Part shown: positions 60,384 to 64,000 of the stretch, in pieces | How the letters are laid out: each line of letters opens with the position of its first letter | How positions within the stretch are numbered: position 1 is the first letter of the stretch | From: Massalongia carnosa | Lineage: Eukaryota | Direction of reading: 5' to 3' | DNA: 64,000 nt | Assembly: GCA_965645245.1 (NCBI GenBank) | Contig: OZ287079.1 | Span: forward strand, 558,001-622,000 | Notes under the pieces: generated by a model | Told to the model about the DNA's origin: nothing | Seen by the model: the letters and a program-made list of their open reading frames with translations, nothing else | Databases searched by the model: none | Position numbers and translations under genes: made by a program

Positions 60384-63300
60384 TGGAAAAAGCTTTGGCG
60401 CAGTTGATTGGGGTAAATGAATTTCTCAGCATTCAATCATGAGAAGTTAAGCAATATACTTCTTAAGATCTGTTGTTCTCATGCTCATCCTTTCGCTTGA
60501 AGGGGCATGCTTCGTCTTTGCGACGAGGGATGATATAAAGGCCGAGTGGCAGCATTGTCATCATTTAGCCCAGACCTTATGCAGCGCGTTACTGGATCAT
60601 AACATCTTCTCAGGCCATAAATATTGCTACTTTTGTTGGAGAGCAGCTTTGACTCAGCCCATGCGTGCGGCGCACTAAGTATTCCTGTTGGTCGACTGCC
60701 GGAGCGACCGTGTACACGACAGTGGTTGTGACCACCGACACCAAACCCCAACAAGGTCAAAAGAGTCCAGCCAGAAGCGATTGACAAATGACAAATCCCG
60801 CATGGGGTGGATGTACAACACCTTGGGCCAATAAGCAATCCTGGATCGCTGGCGCAGGGAGAAGACAACAGTTCTGAAGGCCGTTGGATGGGAAATCCAT
60901 TTATAAATTTGGTTAGCGGATGACCGAATGCTCTTCAGGATTAGAAATCCGATCCTTTAAGACTGATCAGATGACCGAAACGATGACCTTGCCCAATCAA
61001 ATACAAGAGGAGGGGGAAAGGTTGTGTTAGGTGCAGCTGCAGCCAGTGGCAGGTTTGGTGTTGCTTGCCGAAGCTGTCAGACAGGCTACCAACCATCTCG
61101 CCGATTTATCGCTACCGTTAACTTAGTGTCGTGACAGCATTCCTCGGAGCTTTTGTGGTGTGGCACGGAGTACGGAGTCTAGTCTTCCAAGTAGATCGCG
61201 ATTATTTAAGGCTTTGAATGCGACCGGTTCTGCACCGTCCACGGTCGAGGAATAAAGTACAAGACAACTTGGACCTTTATCGATTTGGGATGATCGGCCT
61301 ACGCGCGTACGGATAAGTGAATCCTTCTATTAATCATTCCTACTTCGTACTTAATGTGAATCGCCGCACTACTCAGATAGCTATCTCTAAAGCGATGATC
61401 ACGCTGATCAAGCTGATCATCCGGCTCCCCAAGGATGGCACGTCTACCCGATTCCAACCCCCACATCCTTCAGCCCTAAATAGAGTGTTCCCCTCGAAAA
61501 CCCCCCCCCAGCCTACTTCCGCCCGCATCCTCCCTAACGTCGGTTCCTCAACTACACCTTTTCGTTGGTCTTCACTTCTACTTCGTTGCGATATCGTAAT
61601 TGTGTAACTCGTGAAACTACATTTACCTCAATGATTTCTAGTTTGTCACAAGAGAAGACTGCAAAGCCACATCCTATTACGTTGATGATTCTGTCAGCAA
61701 TGCATTAGGGACACTGCGACAGCTCTACTCGTATATGGATTCTCGGTCATCATGTTCTTGTCGCGAATTCTCTCGCGAATATTTCAAGCCACACAGGATA
61801 AATAGACGCCTCATACGCTAGTAGCACAGCCATTGGTTCGATTCCTTGTTGTTTGACTATTCCAACGGTTCGCTTGTTACACTCGCAGTTTCGCTCTCGT
61901 CATAAACTACCCTTTCTGGTATCCTTCAGGCTGCCAGATGTGTATTGGTAGCGATGAATTAAGTCCAGACAAGCATCACCCTGCTCCCTCCAGAGTTTAG
62001 GAGAAATATTACGCTGGTGCAGCGCCATCCGCAACGGTAGTAATGGCGGTTTTATAGTTATGGCAAATAGGTGATTACTGGAGGAACCCTCAACTTCCAT
62101 AAGATTTTGATGTGATTTTAATGCCTTTTCCTATGAGTATATGCGCCGAAGCGGACAATTCGAGAGATGGTACCCGGATTTCTGTGATCATTCATTGGAT
62201 TCATCAGAAGCTATGGAAGATATCCTTGACTGACGATGGAGTGATTCCTTGATCCATCCGCTGCAAATACTTTATTAAGCAAGAAAACCACATCGTGAAA
62301 AGCGAACAAAGAATCTGAGAATATGTGATCAGTGGACACCACCAACCAGTAGCAGAGAACTCGTAATCGCCGCCCCAACTGAATTGGTGCTCATCTAGGC
62401 TACCAATTGCCCCACTGGCAAGGGAAGCTACAGCGCCGACCGTAGCCACTACATTTTTAATCAGTAGTCCTGCCACCTTGGTTCCAGCCGTCTTTTATTG
62501 CTCATAAATAAAATTTAAACTTATAGCTAGGTTCTCTAGCGATCGAGATGCTCTCAAAACGGACGAGCAAAAATCAAGGGTGAGAGTATATCTTGAGTTT
62601 TTCCATATAAGCCCTGACATCACCCGACTCTAAGCCTATGAGTGTAGATGGGCAGCTTCCATGCGGACAACAGGCGAAAATCCTCATTAGAGCTACAGAA
62701 AAAAACAACATTATTGGCAGGCATGACACCAGGGCCAGGACCGGCCATAGAGGGATCATATGGAATCGTGTAATGCTTATCAAGGATTCGGGGTCGGTAG
62801 CACTTCCAATGCGGTCGCCAAGATAGGATACAGCGGAAGCTCCGATTCTCAGAGACGTTTCAGCGGCAGAGTTTACGGCTGGATGACCTATCTCTTGATG
62901 TCATCACCGCCCAAGACCACCCCAAGGCTCCCGGACCGCCCTAATCACCTCGGCGCCTAAAGCTTAACGGGATTTTTTTCGCATCGCCCTCGTCCCTATA
63001 GAACGACGATGCCTCGTTCGCCACGGCATTAGTGACGCGTTCCGCTGACGGATCGAGCGGCTGTTATTAGCTTAACGTCTCGATTTCTCGGTTCAGATGA
63101 AGATGATTTACAGTTTGCTGCATGTAGCGCCCCTGCTTGAAAGGAGATCAAATTCAAGTTCCCTAGGATAGTCAGCTATCACAGATTCAGAGCTACTAGG
63201 AACCACCCATCTATTTCTCCATCTGTAAAGCAACCACGGTCCTGTAAGCTTTCGATAGATGATTTGGCATTAGCCTCGTTCAACCAGGATCTCAGCTTCG

Positions 63301-63564
63301 TATTTACCCAAGAATGATGTGCGATGGAATAGTTAATGTAGCGGGGTAACATTCTAGACATTAGGCAAATTCTTAGCGTTGCAACGATCTTGTGACCTAG
63401 TTCCAATTTTTTTTATACCAGGACGACTTCACTACTAAAGTCTAGAGTAAACGTAGATTCTCGTTCGTCTCTTCACCGTTTTGAAAGCTAAGGCTTTGTC
63501 TAAAATCTTTCCCATTTAAATTGATTGATACGTTTTTCAGGCGTAGTCTATGTAGCTACCCATT

Positions 63565-64000
63565 CTATTCTCTGCCCCCAATCCCTTGAAGAATTACCCA
63601 CTCAAATAGACTCGCAATGGATTTGCTCACGGCCTCGTTCCGTGGTATATCGTGCCCGCCTTCATGATCATAAACCTTTCTCCGAGCCGGATCGCAAAGG
63701 CCTGCCAGTTGCATGCTGGAGGGCATGATGGGATCCTTGCCCCCATAAATATGAACCGTAGGTATTCTGAAAAACAACTTCTTGGGGATCAACCTAAAGT
63801 CTAATCCGGATGCTTTCGTATCGGCGTCTGGGATCTGGGAGTCGACTGGTGCTGTACCTGGCCCTTGCGTGGTCCATCGCTCTCTGCCGTTTTGGAGAAT
63901 TGCAGCGGAGCTTGCCTGCTGTAGTAATCTCTTACGGGACGCCTCACTTATGTGCCAAGCTTCAGGTGAAACTGGAAGCCCGAGGTCCTCGATGACCGTC
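63565..64000 (-). CDS. FSH1/DUF341 serine hydrolase (LovG-like), 3' part; gene runs off the window
   Basis: RIPTVHIYGGKDP...DHEGGHDIPR; frame is open to the window edge. Confidence 0.85.
   Translation of the reverse strand, partial: TVIEDLGLPVSPEAWHISEASRKRLLQQASSAAILQNGRERWTTQGPGTAPVDSQIPDADTKASGLDFRLIPKKLFFRIPTVHIYGGKDPIMPSSMQLAGLCDPARRKVYDHEGGHDIPRNEAVSKSIASLFEWVILQGIGGRE

Noticed and set aside
60400..63500. Many 60-130 aa ORFs
   Set aside because: No recognisable protein features; likely intergenic or promoter DNA.

Overview
Filamentous ascomycete (Pezizomycotina-type) genomic DNA, judged from GT-AG introns with CTRAY branch sites and fungal gene families. Positions ~4.7-58.6 kb form a dense transposon nest: two near-identical inverted Tc1-like elements, another Tc1 relic, piggyBac, three Ty1/Copia, Gypsy-type solo LTRs, a Crypton tyrosine-recombinase relic, two MULE relics, a Tad1-like LINE tail, a complete hAT and a Fot1/pogo relic. 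Host-like genes are a patatin-NB-ARC-TPR NLR with hypervariable 126-bp repeats, an HNH nuclease, a secreted Cys-rich NucA/NucB-type nuclease, a PTH11-like membrane protein and an FSH1-type hydrolase. The most notable structure is a ~14.2-kb TIR-bounded element (40744-54916; ~11.8 kb without a nested hAT). It couples a CACTA/Plavaka/Transib-like (CCHH-type) DDE transposase with a SNF2-family ATPase and an orphan gene, and has atypical GGG/TTAA ends. All calls come from reading the sequence by eye; no searches were run.
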